This document shows, piece after piece, positions 27,951-37,243 of a DNA stretch of 64,000 nt (within the stretch, counting starts at the first letter, position 1; every line of letters begins with the position of its first letter). The stretch is from a virus (Duplodnaviria; Caudoviricetes): positions 3,595 through 67,594 of the IMG/VR virus record IMGVR_UViG_3300032300_000346; one strand, 5' to 3'. The notes under the pieces are model-generated. The model was given only the letters and a program-made list of their open reading frames with translations. It was not told where the DNA came from and made no database searches. The position numbers were made by a program, and so were the translations under genes.

Positions 27951-27974
27951 ATTATTTTTTTGCCCTGTTGAGAA

Positions 27975-28002
27975 ATAGAGTGTGAGTTGCCTCACACTCT
28001 AT
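27975..28002 (-). terminator. 12-bp GCAA-tetraloop hairpin between gp32 and uvsX (terminator/attenuator or stability element)
   Basis: ATAGAGTGTGAG-GCAA-CTCACACTCTAT followed by weak TTCTC tract. Confidence 0.7.
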
Positions 28003-28013
28003 GTTTAGTCTAA

Positions 28014-29009
28014 TTACTTTTGACGATTGCGAATCATGGCAAGGATGTCTTGCGCACGACTTGCACTTTCACCAGTAGGTGCTGCTGGTGCTGCCTTCAC
28101 TGCTGGAGTAGCAGGTTCTTCCCAAGGAGCATCTTCTTCAACTGCTGAAGCGGCTACTGGAGCGGCTACTGCGGCACGTGGTGCGGCGGATTTATTAGGA
28201 TCACCTGTAGCTTGACCCATTCCTGCTGGTTTGAAGTATTGACCCCAACGATCCATATCATATGCTTCACCGTCAACTGACGCTTCGAACATTTCTTTCA
28301 TGACCTTGAGCTCAACATCTGTAGGCTTTTTAGGCAAGAAGTCACTTAGATTGTGTAATCCAAATTGTTCAATAGCTGCCTTGTCTGCATCAGAAATTGC
28401 ACGTTCACGACGGCTCCACTTTGAAGTAGAGTAGTCAGCAAAGCCACCTTTTGATGTCTTTGCAATACGGAAGTCTACGCCACGCATATAGTCAGTTGGC
28501 AATTCTTCCAACTCTGGATCCATTAATGCTGAACGAATGATTTGATAGATCTGAGGACCGATGATAAATCTACGGATAGGATTCTCTGGAATTCTATCTT
28601 CCTTGATAGGATCTTCTACCACAAAGCCTTGAAAGATGTATGAACGTTTCTTCCAGTATTTACGACCCATTTCTTCCAGAGCCTTGTCTTTAAACCAGCC
28701 ACGAACTTCTGTAAGAATTGGGCAGGCTGTACCGTCATTGTACATTTCTACACAAGGAACCTGTACCTGTACAGCTCGTGAATCTGTTTCACCTTTGATA
28801 CCTGCAAACGGTAATTTGATCATTGCACGTTCTACCCAGAAAAATGTATTGGCAGAGTTGCCATCGGGTAGTAAGCGAATTACTGCTTCCTTGCCTTCCT
28901 GCATATTCCAATGTGGGTAAATTGCGTTGTCTCCACCGCCGGTGGATTGTCCGGTGGACTTTGATTGTGCTTCTTGAAGTTTCGCACGAATTTCTGCTAA
29001 TGTTGCCAT
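28014..29009 (-). CDS. gp32: single-stranded DNA-binding protein (gp32-like)
   Basis: VIRLLP, VQVPC...CPI, KKRSY, G.DF.I.KT..GGFADYSTSKW, flexible C-terminal tail. Confidence 0.88.
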   Translation of the reverse strand: MATLAEIRAKLQEAQSKSTGQSTGGGDNAIYPHWNMQEGKEAVIRLLPDGNSANTFFWVERAMIKLPFAGIKGETDSRAVQVQVPCVEMYNDGTACPILTEVRGWFKDKALEEMGRKYWKKRSYIFQGFVVEDPIKEDRIPENPIRRFIIGPQIYQIIRSALMDPELEELPTDYMRGVDFRIAKTSKGGFADYSTSKWSRRERAISDADKAAIEQFGLHNLSDFLPKKPTDVELKVMKEMFEASVDGEAYDMDRWGQYFKPAGMGQATGDPNKSAAPRAAVAAPVAASAVEEDAPWEEPATPAVKAAPAAPTGESASRAQDILAMIRNRQK

Positions 29010-29065
29010 TTTAAATGCCTCCTATATTATGCCTAAAATGTTTATATGCCTTATGCACATATGTT

Positions 29066-29094
29066 ATTATGCGCTTTTTATTTAGCAAGGTCAA
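29066..29094 (-). promoter_or_regulatory. sigma70-type promoter for gp32
   Basis: TTGACC-N17-CATAAT, with CTAAATA late-type motif embedded in the spacer. Confidence 0.7.
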
Positions 29095-29141
29095 TGATTA
29101 TTTTTAATTTTTTTGAAGTATATTACCAAATGCAAATTCAC

Positions 29142-29459
29142 TCAAGAATCCACGTTTGCTCTAGTTTGACTCAATTCTTTTTTCAAAGACTCATAATCTT
29201 CCAACACAGATAGTGTAGGTAAATTTGCTCCGCGATATGCAGGAGACACAGTCTGCCATTCTGATTCTTGCACACCAGAAACAATCATTGCATGATACTC
29301 GTGTCCATCACTGGTATGTAATTTTACACGCTGGAAGCCATGAACTGTCTGTGCTGCCTTGAGCATGGCGTTAGCCAATGCTCGTAACGCAGAAGGATCT
29401 GCTACTACCACGAGATCTTCTTGTGGTTCAGCGTGGGGATATATGTGTAGTCTAGCCAT
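29142..29459 (-). CDS. hypothetical protein coupled to DnaE-like gene
   Basis: TAATG 1-nt overlap with the dnaE-like stop. Confidence 0.6.
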   Translation of the reverse strand: MARLHIYPHAEPQEDLVVVADPSALRALANAMLKAAQTVHGFQRVKLHTSDGHEYHAMIVSGVQESEWQTVSPAYRGANLPTLSVLEDYESLKKELSQTRANVDS

Positions 29460-31132
29460 TATGTAATGTGTTCAATGTCTTTGATATCTAATCTCTTACT
29501 CTTGTATACTTTAACACACTCACTGCGATTTGTATAGTCCAATTTACCTTTACCCCACAAGATTGGTTGATCGTGGAAACTGATAGCATGATTCAGCATG
29601 ACATCCAAATAGCGACCATTGCCGGTGCCTATGGTTGCAAAGGTCATGTAATTTTTTGGACCACTCTTGAACACTCTATAGTTGGCCACTAGCCCTAAGA
29701 ATTCAACTTCGCCCGGACGCCTTATTTCTTGACAGGCTGGAATGAATCGTTCGCTGCTCCAGCGTCCGGTGCGAACTAATTCACTGCACTCGTCACCCTC
29801 ACCAAAACTACTCACAGCGCCAGCTAACTTGGCTTCTTGCCAATAGACCCAACGACTGTAACTGCCTTGGCAGTGTTTCAGCACTGCTGCCCAGAATGCC
29901 TTAGGATTGTGTGCTTTCTGGTAGGCCAATGCCCAAATCAATCTGCCCAAATTAGTAGCATGGGCACGGCATAGACCAAAGTGGCTCAGTTCTCTAAGTG
30001 CGGTCAACACACTGTCTCTCTCAGGATGATCACCGATCAACTGCATGAACTCAAAAATCTTTTCTTCATTTTTTTTGGCAAATGCTCGGCGCCACATGTC
30101 TGCGGTGTACATGTCACATTTTAGAATATCTGCTATCAATGTGATAGCATCATCCTCAAACACAATAGTGTGATCGAAGTTGTCTTTACTCCAGTCCTGA
30201 AATGCACTGGCCTTGCGTCGACCCATGGTAGCTACTGGTCTAATCAATGCAGTGGCCAGTGTGCAGTCACTACGACTTTTTACTCGCAGTGCTCGAAACA
30301 ATCGTTTCATGGCTGGCGATTCTCCTTGAGTCACACCCAGCACATTGCCTTGCTCTAGTATTCGACTGGTGGCTTCATCGTATTCAGGATAGTCCATTAG
30401 CGGTCGTTGATCTATTTCCCACAGTTGACTAAGACCTCTATTAGCCAGTATGTCAATCTTGAAGTGTTCGAGATCCTCACACTCATTTTTGTCCAGCAGG
30501 ATTTGATTGGTCTGATTGATTAAACTCTTAGGTACTGCTCGATCAAAGATAATGATGCCGCCACAGTGTTTGCTGATACAGCGTTTCTTGCCCATTAACT
30601 TGGCCGTGATCCTCTCTGCTTCAGCAACTTCTTGTTCTGGTAATACATCATCAAATTTAAAGTTGCGTTTAAGTACTCCCTTGGCACCCATACGCTTGGC
30701 AGCTTCTCGCCTAGCTGACTTTTCTTTATACATGATATAATTAGACACTCGAGCACTTTGGCCTGGCCAGCGTTTGAATATTCTATTCATCACTGTTTCT
30801 TGTTGCCAATGCGGAAAATCTAAATCAATGTCCGGTAAGTCATCGCGTTTGGGGTTCATGAATCTAGCAATAGGTATGCCTTCTGCTACAGGATCTAAAT
30901 CACTAATGCCCATAAGCCAACATACGAGACTAGAACCTGCTGACCCTCTGGTGATGTGTGGTATGTCTGTTGTGAGATCTAATATTTCTCTCACTCGCAA
31001 AAAATGTTTGCTGAAATTCTGATCTCTAATTAGTTCTAATTCTTCTGCTAACCTATCTGTATATCTAACATCTTCTGGTATTGTGCGCCTAAATTGTGTT
31101 ATGAGCTGTTCTAAGTCTTTGTATCTATCCAT
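29459..31132 (-). CDS. dnaE: DNA polymerase III alpha-like (DnaE) lacking PHP domain
   Basis: RGSAGSSLV, RFMNPKRDDLPDIDLDF, HCGG, KIDIL, LGVTQGES, ALIRP, FGLCRAHA; C-terminal OB-fold-like segment. Confidence 0.88.
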   Translation of the reverse strand: MDRYKDLEQLITQFRRTIPEDVRYTDRLAEELELIRDQNFSKHFLRVREILDLTTDIPHITRGSAGSSLVCWLMGISDLDPVAEGIPIARFMNPKRDDLPDIDLDFPHWQQETVMNRIFKRWPGQSARVSNYIMYKEKSARREAAKRMGAKGVLKRNFKFDDVLPEQEVAEAERITAKLMGKKRCISKHCGGIIIFDRAVPKSLINQTNQILLDKNECEDLEHFKIDILANRGLSQLWEIDQRPLMDYPEYDEATSRILEQGNVLGVTQGESPAMKRLFRALRVKSRSDCTLATALIRPVATMGRRKASAFQDWSKDNFDHTIVFEDDAITLIADILKCDMYTADMWRRAFAKKNEEKIFEFMQLIGDHPERDSVLTALRELSHFGLCRAHATNLGRLIWALAYQKAHNPKAFWAAVLKHCQGSYSRWVYWQEAKLAGAVSSFGEGDECSELVRTGRWSSERFIPACQEIRRPGEVEFLGLVANYRVFKSGPKNYMTFATIGTGNGRYLDVMLNHAISFHDQPILWGKGKLDYTNRSECVKVYKSKRLDIKDIEHIT

Positions 31133-31159
31133 AATGTACCTTTGTGTGCCTAAGGTAGA

Positions 31160-31167
31160 TATTTATA
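31160..31167 (-). promoter_or_regulatory. T4-late-consensus promoter before dnaE-like gene
   Basis: Exact TATAAATA 28 nt upstream of the ATG. Confidence 0.65.
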
Positions 31168-31204
31168 ATCAACTTGGATTGGATTATATTTTATTTTGCC
31201 AATA

Positions 31205-31232
31205 AAAAAGCCCAGGGCTTAACCGTGGGCTT
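31205..31232 (-). terminator. rho-independent terminator
   Basis: AAGCCCA-loop-TGGGCTT followed by TTTT. Confidence 0.75.
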
Positions 31233-31383
31233 CTCTATATTTAGCCAATGCTATTTGTCTAGCTAGCCATAATCTAAATTTTACATAATCTGATAATTCA
31301 TCTTCAACTATCTTACCAAACTCACGAGCCTTTAGATTACGACCAAAAGTAACCTCATCGTCTATTATGAGGTCACTCTCGTC
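31219..31383 (-). CDS. probable small protein lacking a canonical start codon
   Basis: Open frame ...DESDLIIDDEVTFGRNLKAREFGKIVEDELSDYVKFRLWLARQIALAKYREAHG ending in the loop of a terminator; start uncertain. Confidence 0.4.
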   Translation of the reverse strand, partial: DESDLIIDDEVTFGRNLKAREFGKIVEDELSDYVKFRLWLARQIALAKYREAHG

Positions 31384-31393
31384 TAAACCAAAA

Positions 31394-31639
31394 TTACTTC
31401 GCTGTGGTAGTAGCTGGCTTTGTGTCTGCTTTAGCTGGCTCTTTCTTAGCAGGCTCACTTTTGACAGGCTTCTTTTCGTCCTTCTTAACTTCAGCTTTGG
31501 CTGGTGCTGGAGCACTTGCTGTTGTAACTGGTGCTGTTGCAACCGGTGTTGCTGGTTTGGCTTCTTCTTTCTTAGCAGGTGCTTGTGCAAATGCTGATAC
31601 TGCGAACACGGTAGCGAGGATTGCGATTGCTGATTTCAT
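31394..31639 (-). CDS. secreted/periplasmic Ala-Pro-Lys-rich protein with Sec signal peptide
   Basis: MKSAIAILATVFAVSAFA|QAPAKKEEAK; low-complexity KKEEAK/KKDEKK/KKEPAK repeats; AAAAGGAA Shine-Dalgarno. Confidence 0.75.
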   Translation of the reverse strand: MKSAIAILATVFAVSAFAQAPAKKEEAKPATPVATAPVTTASAPAPAKAEVKKDEKKPVKSEPAKKEPAKADTKPATTTAK

Positions 31640-31729
31640 TTTAAAGTTTCCTTTTGGTTAAGTAGGAATTTCTACCCCTACATATATATAACGCGGTAGC
31701 CAATGAACTCGTTGACAATCAATTTAGCC

Positions 31730-31754
31730 AAAAAGAAAGGGCACCTAAGTGCCC
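31730..31754 (-). terminator. rho-independent terminator
   Basis: GGGCAC-TTAG-GTGCCC-TTTCTTTTT. Confidence 0.8.
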
Positions 31755-31774
31755 AGTCTGGTTGATATTAAATC

Positions 31775-33772
31775 TTAATAGCCTGCAAGTTCTCTAATAC
31801 GAGCAAGTTCTGCAATCTGCGGATCTTGCTGTTGTGGAGCCATTCTTTCTACCATTTTGCGAGCAACCATTTCTGCCTGTTCACCAAACTTTTTGCCTAC
31901 CATAATAGCAACGCCTTCTGGACCTTTAGGGAATGTGCCTGATTCGCGATCATAAAATGTATGAACAAATTCAGCAAGTTCTTGAACATTCATTTTAGAC
32001 TGCATGCCTTTTTGTGCTAATGCTCTAGCACTATCTTGACCTGTTCGGTTCGGATTGTTGGGCTTTTTAAAATTTGACTTTTCATCATCTGCATCCCAAG
32101 GAGGAGAATGATCATCATCGTCTTTTTTAGACGGTTCTGTGTCAGCTTCTCCCATACCTAGTTCTTGTTTTCTACGTGCTAGACCAGCGGAGCTAGTTGG
32201 CGATTTTGTTTTCTCGTCATCTATATCCTTGGTGCTCATTTTCCAATCATCATCGCCTTTGGCTTTTCTCATAAAAGCAGGAACATCACTTTTATTTGGA
32301 CCATTGGCTTCTTCTTGTGGTGCTTCTGGCGCTGTTATATCACCCCCTTGGTCAGTCGCCGGCGCTTCACCTTCTGGTTCAACAAAATCACCAAAGTCTA
32401 GTTGTTCTAGCGTATCTGGTGCATTTTGTTCTAACCATTCTTTTACTAAACCTCTTGTATCTAGTTCAGAATCTTGTTTTGATTGTTCTTTAATTGATTG
32501 AAATAATTGTGGATCTTCAATTATACCTTTTAGGCTTTCGATAGCATTTGTACCATCTACACCTGCTGGAAATGCTTGGCCTACTAGCTCTTGTAATTCT
32601 TTTATGGCTGCTGATTTTTCTTCTTGGTCTTCGCTGGAAATGGCTGAAGCCTCACCTAGCCCCATTGCCCAAGTTTCAAATTTAGCAAATGGATCGTTGT
32701 AATTTACAGCAACCTCGTTTTCTACTACGTCTGGTTGCGTCATTTCGACTATGTCGTCATAGCCTATTTCGTTTTCTTTCATTATTCTATACAGAACAGG
32801 AAATACTGATTTGATATCTTCTTTGAAATTTCTTACTGTAAATTGATCTGTGTACTGTTCTACTACATCTTGCGGAATCTCTACGGGTTCCATTGCCTGG
32901 AAATTTTCTTTGTATGCCTCATAATGACTTTGTTTGGCCAGTGCTTTGATTTGTTCTCTTAGACCATTTAAATACTGAGATGATCTTTCTACAATAGAAT
33001 TGTTTATTGAATTCATTAGGTCATTGCGTACAACATAACTTTCAAAACTTTTTAGTTGCGCAATTTCTTCACTCATACCTACAATACTTTTTCCAAGTTC
33101 ATCATAAGGTAATCCACCATTGGCTACGTGACGTTGCATAGCACGAGCACCAGCTAGGTGAATAAAGGGATACTTGAATCTCTCACCGTCTTGATTTTCC
33201 ACAAACAATGCACCAATGTTTCTTGTTCTGCTACCTGGGGCAGTGTCGTCCATGACTGCTTTGCTGTGTTTGATGATTAGACGTGTATCCATCAATTTTT
33301 GGAAGCTGACGTTCTTGCTACCATACATTGCGCTTTCGCTCATAATTGATTCTCCAACAGTGGTGTTAATTGTATTTGGTTGTGTTTTTTTTGGTGTGTT
33401 GTATTGACTTAAAAACGCAAAGTCTCTACGATCTAGATTGTCTTTGGCAATATCTCTAGTATCAAAACTCATTAATCTTCTTTTTGCAAATAAACGTAAT
33501 TCTTTTAAAAATCCATACCAGCCTTCCTTCTGTAAGGTATCCATACTTTCTGTAATACCTGTGCTGAAATAAACTTTGATAGAATTATTTTCAGCAAGGC
33601 TGATACTTACATGACCAATGGCTGCTTCACCGTCTTTATAATCAAAATCAAAGAATCTTGCTTCTTCGGGATTAATAGTGATAGCGCCTGTTTCGTTGCC
33701 TAATTTTAGGCCAGAAAATCTACTACGAATTTTGTAGAATAGATCAGTGGCAATATTGTTTGTTGCATCCAT
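31775..33772 (-). CDS. large acidic hypothetical protein, probable head/virion component
   Basis: ~665 aa ORF after terminase with GATAAATA motif at 33778-33785; start at ATG 33772. Confidence 0.6.
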   Translation of the reverse strand: MDATNNIATDLFYKIRSRFSGLKLGNETGAITINPEEARFFDFDYKDGEAAIGHVSISLAENNSIKVYFSTGITESMDTLQKEGWYGFLKELRLFAKRRLMSFDTRDIAKDNLDRRDFAFLSQYNTPKKTQPNTINTTVGESIMSESAMYGSKNVSFQKLMDTRLIIKHSKAVMDDTAPGSRTRNIGALFVENQDGERFKYPFIHLAGARAMQRHVANGGLPYDELGKSIVGMSEEIAQLKSFESYVVRNDLMNSINNSIVERSSQYLNGLREQIKALAKQSHYEAYKENFQAMEPVEIPQDVVEQYTDQFTVRNFKEDIKSVFPVLYRIMKENEIGYDDIVEMTQPDVVENEVAVNYNDPFAKFETWAMGLGEASAISSEDQEEKSAAIKELQELVGQAFPAGVDGTNAIESLKGIIEDPQLFQSIKEQSKQDSELDTRGLVKEWLEQNAPDTLEQLDFGDFVEPEGEAPATDQGGDITAPEAPQEEANGPNKSDVPAFMRKAKGDDDWKMSTKDIDDEKTKSPTSSAGLARRKQELGMGEADTEPSKKDDDDHSPPWDADDEKSNFKKPNNPNRTGQDSARALAQKGMQSKMNVQELAEFVHTFYDRESGTFPKGPEGVAIMVGKKFGEQAEMVARKMVERMAPQQQDPQIAELARIRELAGY

Positions 33773-33783
33773 AGTTATATTTA

Positions 33784-35373
33784 TCAATAACCGCTACTGA
33801 CAAAGATCGGCATTGGCATTTGATCTTCTGTAAGTTTTTCCGTCATTTTTTCATAGATTTTGGGATCCCAGTCACTGAGAATGGTGGCCATACGCAGTAT
33901 CAACAGTGTTGCACTCACAAGATCGTCGTGTTCACCTGTTTTAGCTCCAAATCCTACCCCGTGAGCCACAAAAGTTTTTAATTCAGAAATTAAAGGCTTG
34001 CTGTTAAGTTTCATCTTTTGTGTTTCCAGCATATGCTTGAGCTGACTACAAGTAGTTATTTTTGTACGATGTGTGGTATTAAATCCTTTACGGAATTTTC
34101 GAACATGACCTTTGCGTATGGGTTCACTTAGAAACAGTCCAGGAAAGTTTTCTTCGCCTATATTGTTGATCACAATTAATGCAGCTTCACCCAAGGTATT
34201 ATTTTCTACACTATAGTAAATCTGCGAACTTGCGCCACCTAGTTCTGTGCTTCTGTCTTGAATGTATTTGCAAACTTCTCTTAGATGTTTTACTTGAGTC
34301 TGTATAGGAGTTAAATTGTGACGCCACTCGGCTACCTGAATCATACTAGGCATTTCAAACACCTGGATGGCAGCATAGTCTCCGCCGGTACCAAGACTGG
34401 GATCTAATGATACTAGATAGGTGCATCTAGAATCAATTTCTTTATACCAACGTGTTTGACCCATGGTCATTATGGGATCGATGCCTTTTAGTTCTGCAAG
34501 TTTAACAGCATTGATCAGTGTTTCATCAAAGATTAAAAATTCGCAATCAAATTCTCTACGAAATCGTTCGTCTCCTATTTTGGCTCTTTCTGTTTGAGCC
34601 CAAGCATCGTCGCGATCGGGGTGTTCATTCCAGTGTGCAAAAAAGCTGTGAAATCCGTTGGATCCTAATGGGGTTTCATTGCCAAACTCATCAAAACGTT
34701 TTTGAGCTTCTGTCCATATTAGAGCAAACTGATCTTCGTCGGAGTTCGGAGTTGATGTAATAATACACTTACCACCTGTCGATAAGGTAGGTGATAACGC
34801 AGTCCAAAACTCTTTGGCTTTCTCTGGCGGTTGCACAAATGCAAACTCATCGCAATAAATTAATGAAAGAGACTTACCACGACCTGTATTTTCCGTTGTA
34901 GTTACTGCCTGTATACGAGCGCCGTTGTCATATTCAATGGTATTTCTGTTATACGAATAAACGCCAGCACGAATAAAATCGGGAAGATTTTCATAACCAA
35001 ATCGATATCTATTCATGATATCCTGGGCACCTTCGTACTTGTGAGCAGCAATTAATACTTGTGCTTCCGGTACAAACTGTGTGTACCATAATAAGTATCC
35101 TGTGGCGCAGGTAGTTTTGCCCATCTGACGAGGTAACATACCAATAGACTGTTTATAGTTGTGGTATGATTGAATCAATCGTTCTTGATACTCGTAGGGT
35201 ACAAAGGGAATTGATCCTCGCACGGGATGTTGAATTTTTAAAAAGTTTTTACAAAAATATAACGGACCGTTAACAGGATCCATGCAGGCTTCTAGATGTT
35301 TGACTTCCTCTAACGTATATCGCTGAGGTGCATGTGCTTTCTTAATTAAATTACCGTCTAGTGATTTTGCCAT
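33784..35373 (-). CDS. gp17: terminase large subunit
   Basis: PRQMGKTT Walker A, IYCDEFAF Walker B, TSTPN, DPSLG.GGDY, HDDLV. Confidence 0.95.
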   Translation of the reverse strand: MAKSLDGNLIKKAHAPQRYTLEEVKHLEACMDPVNGPLYFCKNFLKIQHPVRGSIPFVPYEYQERLIQSYHNYKQSIGMLPRQMGKTTCATGYLLWYTQFVPEAQVLIAAHKYEGAQDIMNRYRFGYENLPDFIRAGVYSYNRNTIEYDNGARIQAVTTTENTGRGKSLSLIYCDEFAFVQPPEKAKEFWTALSPTLSTGGKCIITSTPNSDEDQFALIWTEAQKRFDEFGNETPLGSNGFHSFFAHWNEHPDRDDAWAQTERAKIGDERFRREFDCEFLIFDETLINAVKLAELKGIDPIMTMGQTRWYKEIDSRCTYLVSLDPSLGTGGDYAAIQVFEMPSMIQVAEWRHNLTPIQTQVKHLREVCKYIQDRSTELGGASSQIYYSVENNTLGEAALIVINNIGEENFPGLFLSEPIRKGHVRKFRKGFNTTHRTKITTCSQLKHMLETQKMKLNSKPLISELKTFVAHGVGFGAKTGEHDDLVSATLLILRMATILSDWDPKIYEKMTEKLTEDQMPMPIFVSSGY

Positions 35374-35386
35374 ACTGTTATTTACT

Positions 35387-35415
35387 GAAAAAAATAGGCT
35401 CCGAAGAGCCTATTT
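35387..35415 (-). terminator. rho-independent terminator with C(UUCG)G loop
   Basis: AAATAGGCTC-TTCG-GAGCCTATTT followed by T run. Confidence 0.88.
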
Positions 35416-35432
35416 GAGTTTATGTTGTTATA

Positions 35433-35786
35433 TTAAGCAACAGTAATACTTGTCGCTGCTGTAACGGTAGTTCCTGTAACGTCAATATCATTAGGGCCAA
35501 CTACTGTACCTAGGTTTCTAATCCTAGTTTGAATATCTGCTGCTGAAAGACTTAAATCAGTAACAATGTGTATTGTTCCTGCCGATGAATCAGTTACCAA
35601 AAACATCAAAGGATTAATTTCTTTAACAATCATTTCAACTGTTTCGTCTACAGCATCATCTTCTGCTCTTAGATCTCGTGCGCTTGCTGCTGCATTTTTT
35701 ACCGTGATTAAAAATGCATTAGCATTTAAATTATACAGGGTGGCTACTGTACAGTTAAGTCCGTTTGTTCTTGTAAATGATCCCAT
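35433..35786 (-). CDS. probable small virion structural protein
   Basis: Thr/Ala-rich, strong AGGAG SD, followed by strong terminator. Confidence 0.55.
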   Translation of the reverse strand: MGSFTRTNGLNCTVATLYNLNANAFLITVKNAAASARDLRAEDDAVDETVEMIVKEINPLMFLVTDSSAGTIHIVTDLSLSAADIQTRIRNLGTVVGPNDIDVTGTTVTAATSITVA

Positions 35787-35796
35787 TTATAGCTCC

Positions 35797-36666
35797 TTAA
35801 TCTTTTAATCTACCATCAGCTTCGGCTGACTTTAACATTGCTGCACGGTCTGAATAGCTTCCACGCTTGACATCTTTAGCGGCTTTCTTCTCACCCGGAG
35901 TAGGATTCTTAATGTGCTTTAATGGATCAAACTTTTCAGATTTGACTTCTGCTAAACGATCACGTAGTTCATTTCTAATAGAAGTTCTTAAATCAACAGC
36001 TTCAACACGTTGCATGGGATTGTCGCCGCCTGCTACTTTAGGATATGTGCCTTTAGGTCTGTTCATGCCGCCCGACAGTTTGTTCACCATATAATCGATG
36101 TCTTTGTATTTTTCTTCCGGCTCGTTAGCATACTCATTTTTCTTTTCGTCGTCTTTTTCCATGCCGCGATCATCGTCTTTTTGATCATCTTCATCGCTTG
36201 AGACTTTGTCGATGTCATTAGGCATATTATCAGAGTCCATGTCGCTTGGGCCGCCCATGTTATCTGCATCTGGCTCGTCGTGTGGTTTGTCCATGTCTAG
36301 ATTAGGCAACATTTTTAATGGTCCTGCATCTAGATTACCGAGATCGCCTATAGCAGATATGCTAGGTCCTGGAGGAGTCAACGATGGCATGGCAGTCATG
36401 GCAGGCATTGGCATCATCTTAGATGGCTGATTAATCATATCTGGATTTACTTTGGTCATTAACTTTAGTAAACTTTCAATATTATCCATACCTTGTGCGT
36501 TTAGGTTAACACTCATGCTTGGATGTGCAGGAGGAGGCTGATCATTCACCGACAGTGGCATACTCATAGGCATAGGTGCATCACCACAGGCTTCTGTAGC
36601 AGGCATCGATTGTGTAGTTGGTTGATCCAAGTCTCTCATCTTGGCTAACAGTTGATTAAAATCCAT
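35797..36666 (-). CDS. hypothetical low-complexity (Met/Pro/Asp-rich) protein
   Basis: Long ORF in morphogenesis block, GGGGAG SD. Confidence 0.6.
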   Translation of the reverse strand: MDFNQLLAKMRDLDQPTTQSMPATEACGDAPMPMSMPLSVNDQPPPAHPSMSVNLNAQGMDNIESLLKLMTKVNPDMINQPSKMMPMPAMTAMPSLTPPGPSISAIGDLGNLDAGPLKMLPNLDMDKPHDEPDADNMGGPSDMDSDNMPNDIDKVSSDEDDQKDDDRGMEKDDEKKNEYANEPEEKYKDIDYMVNKLSGGMNRPKGTYPKVAGGDNPMQRVEAVDLRTSIRNELRDRLAEVKSEKFDPLKHIKNPTPGEKKAAKDVKRGSYSDRAAMLKSAEADGRLKD

Positions 36667-37235
36667 TATTTACTCCCCATTGCGCTTTTAAGGCCCAACT
36701 TGTCAGTCTTGCCTTTGGGCAGCTTATATTCAGTTGGCCCAGTTTGATCTTTTTTACGTTGTTTTGCAGTCTTTTCAAGGTCTTTTAAAAAACTTTTGTT
36801 GAAGTCATCACCAAAATAGTCTTTGTGTTTGACATTTGTGTTTTCTTTGTAGTTGGAATCTGTCAACAGTGCCTGTCCTGATGGTTCATTATCTAGCAGA
36901 ACTTGATCAGCTTCCGTTGGTTCACTGCCACCCCGTACACGAAAACTAGATTCGTCGAGTCCTAATGCCTTGACATCATTGGTTATTTCTGGTCCTGTAA
37001 TAGGATATTCACAAATTACTTCGAACACAGTTACTTCACAATTTTTCATTGTGGGAAAGTCTAGGGGCAATGCCTGTATTGGTGTGGTCTTGATTTTTTC
37101 TAACTTGATACATTTGCAGCGATCTAGTGCTGTCTTCAAGTTTTCTTGAAAAGCCTCAGGCAATTCTCCAGCCACTTTGACTTTAAAGTTATAGATTTTT
37201 TTGCTTTCAGCAAGATATTCTGTAAATGGTTTCAT
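36666..37235 (-). CDS. hypothetical protein (189 aa)
   Basis: CATAAATA motif at 37241-37248; coupled to next ORF. Confidence 0.6.
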   Translation of the reverse strand: MKPFTEYLAESKKIYNFKVKVAGELPEAFQENLKTALDRCKCIKLEKIKTTPIQALPLDFPTMKNCEVTVFEVICEYPITGPEITNDVKALGLDESSFRVRGGSEPTEADQVLLDNEPSGQALLTDSNYKENTNVKHKDYFGDDFNKSFLKDLEKTAKQRKKDQTGPTEYKLPKGKTDKLGLKSAMGSK

Positions 37236-37243
37236 GTTAGTAT

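Noticed and set aside
31219-31590. 123-aa ORF starting at ATG 31590 as a real full-length gene
   Set aside because: Its first ~68 codons are the alternate frame of the Ala-rich secreted gene (Gln/Leu-rich artefact); only the 3' part looks independently coding.
31711-31716. TTGACA on the plus strand as an antisense sigma70 promoter
   Set aside because: No matching -10 hexamer at 16-18 nt downstream (region runs into the terminator A-tract) and no plus-strand ORF follows.
26871-35373. Inteins or introns in UvsX, DnaE-like or terminase genes
   Set aside because: Motifs are colinear at normal spacing with no C...HN insertions or frame breaks.
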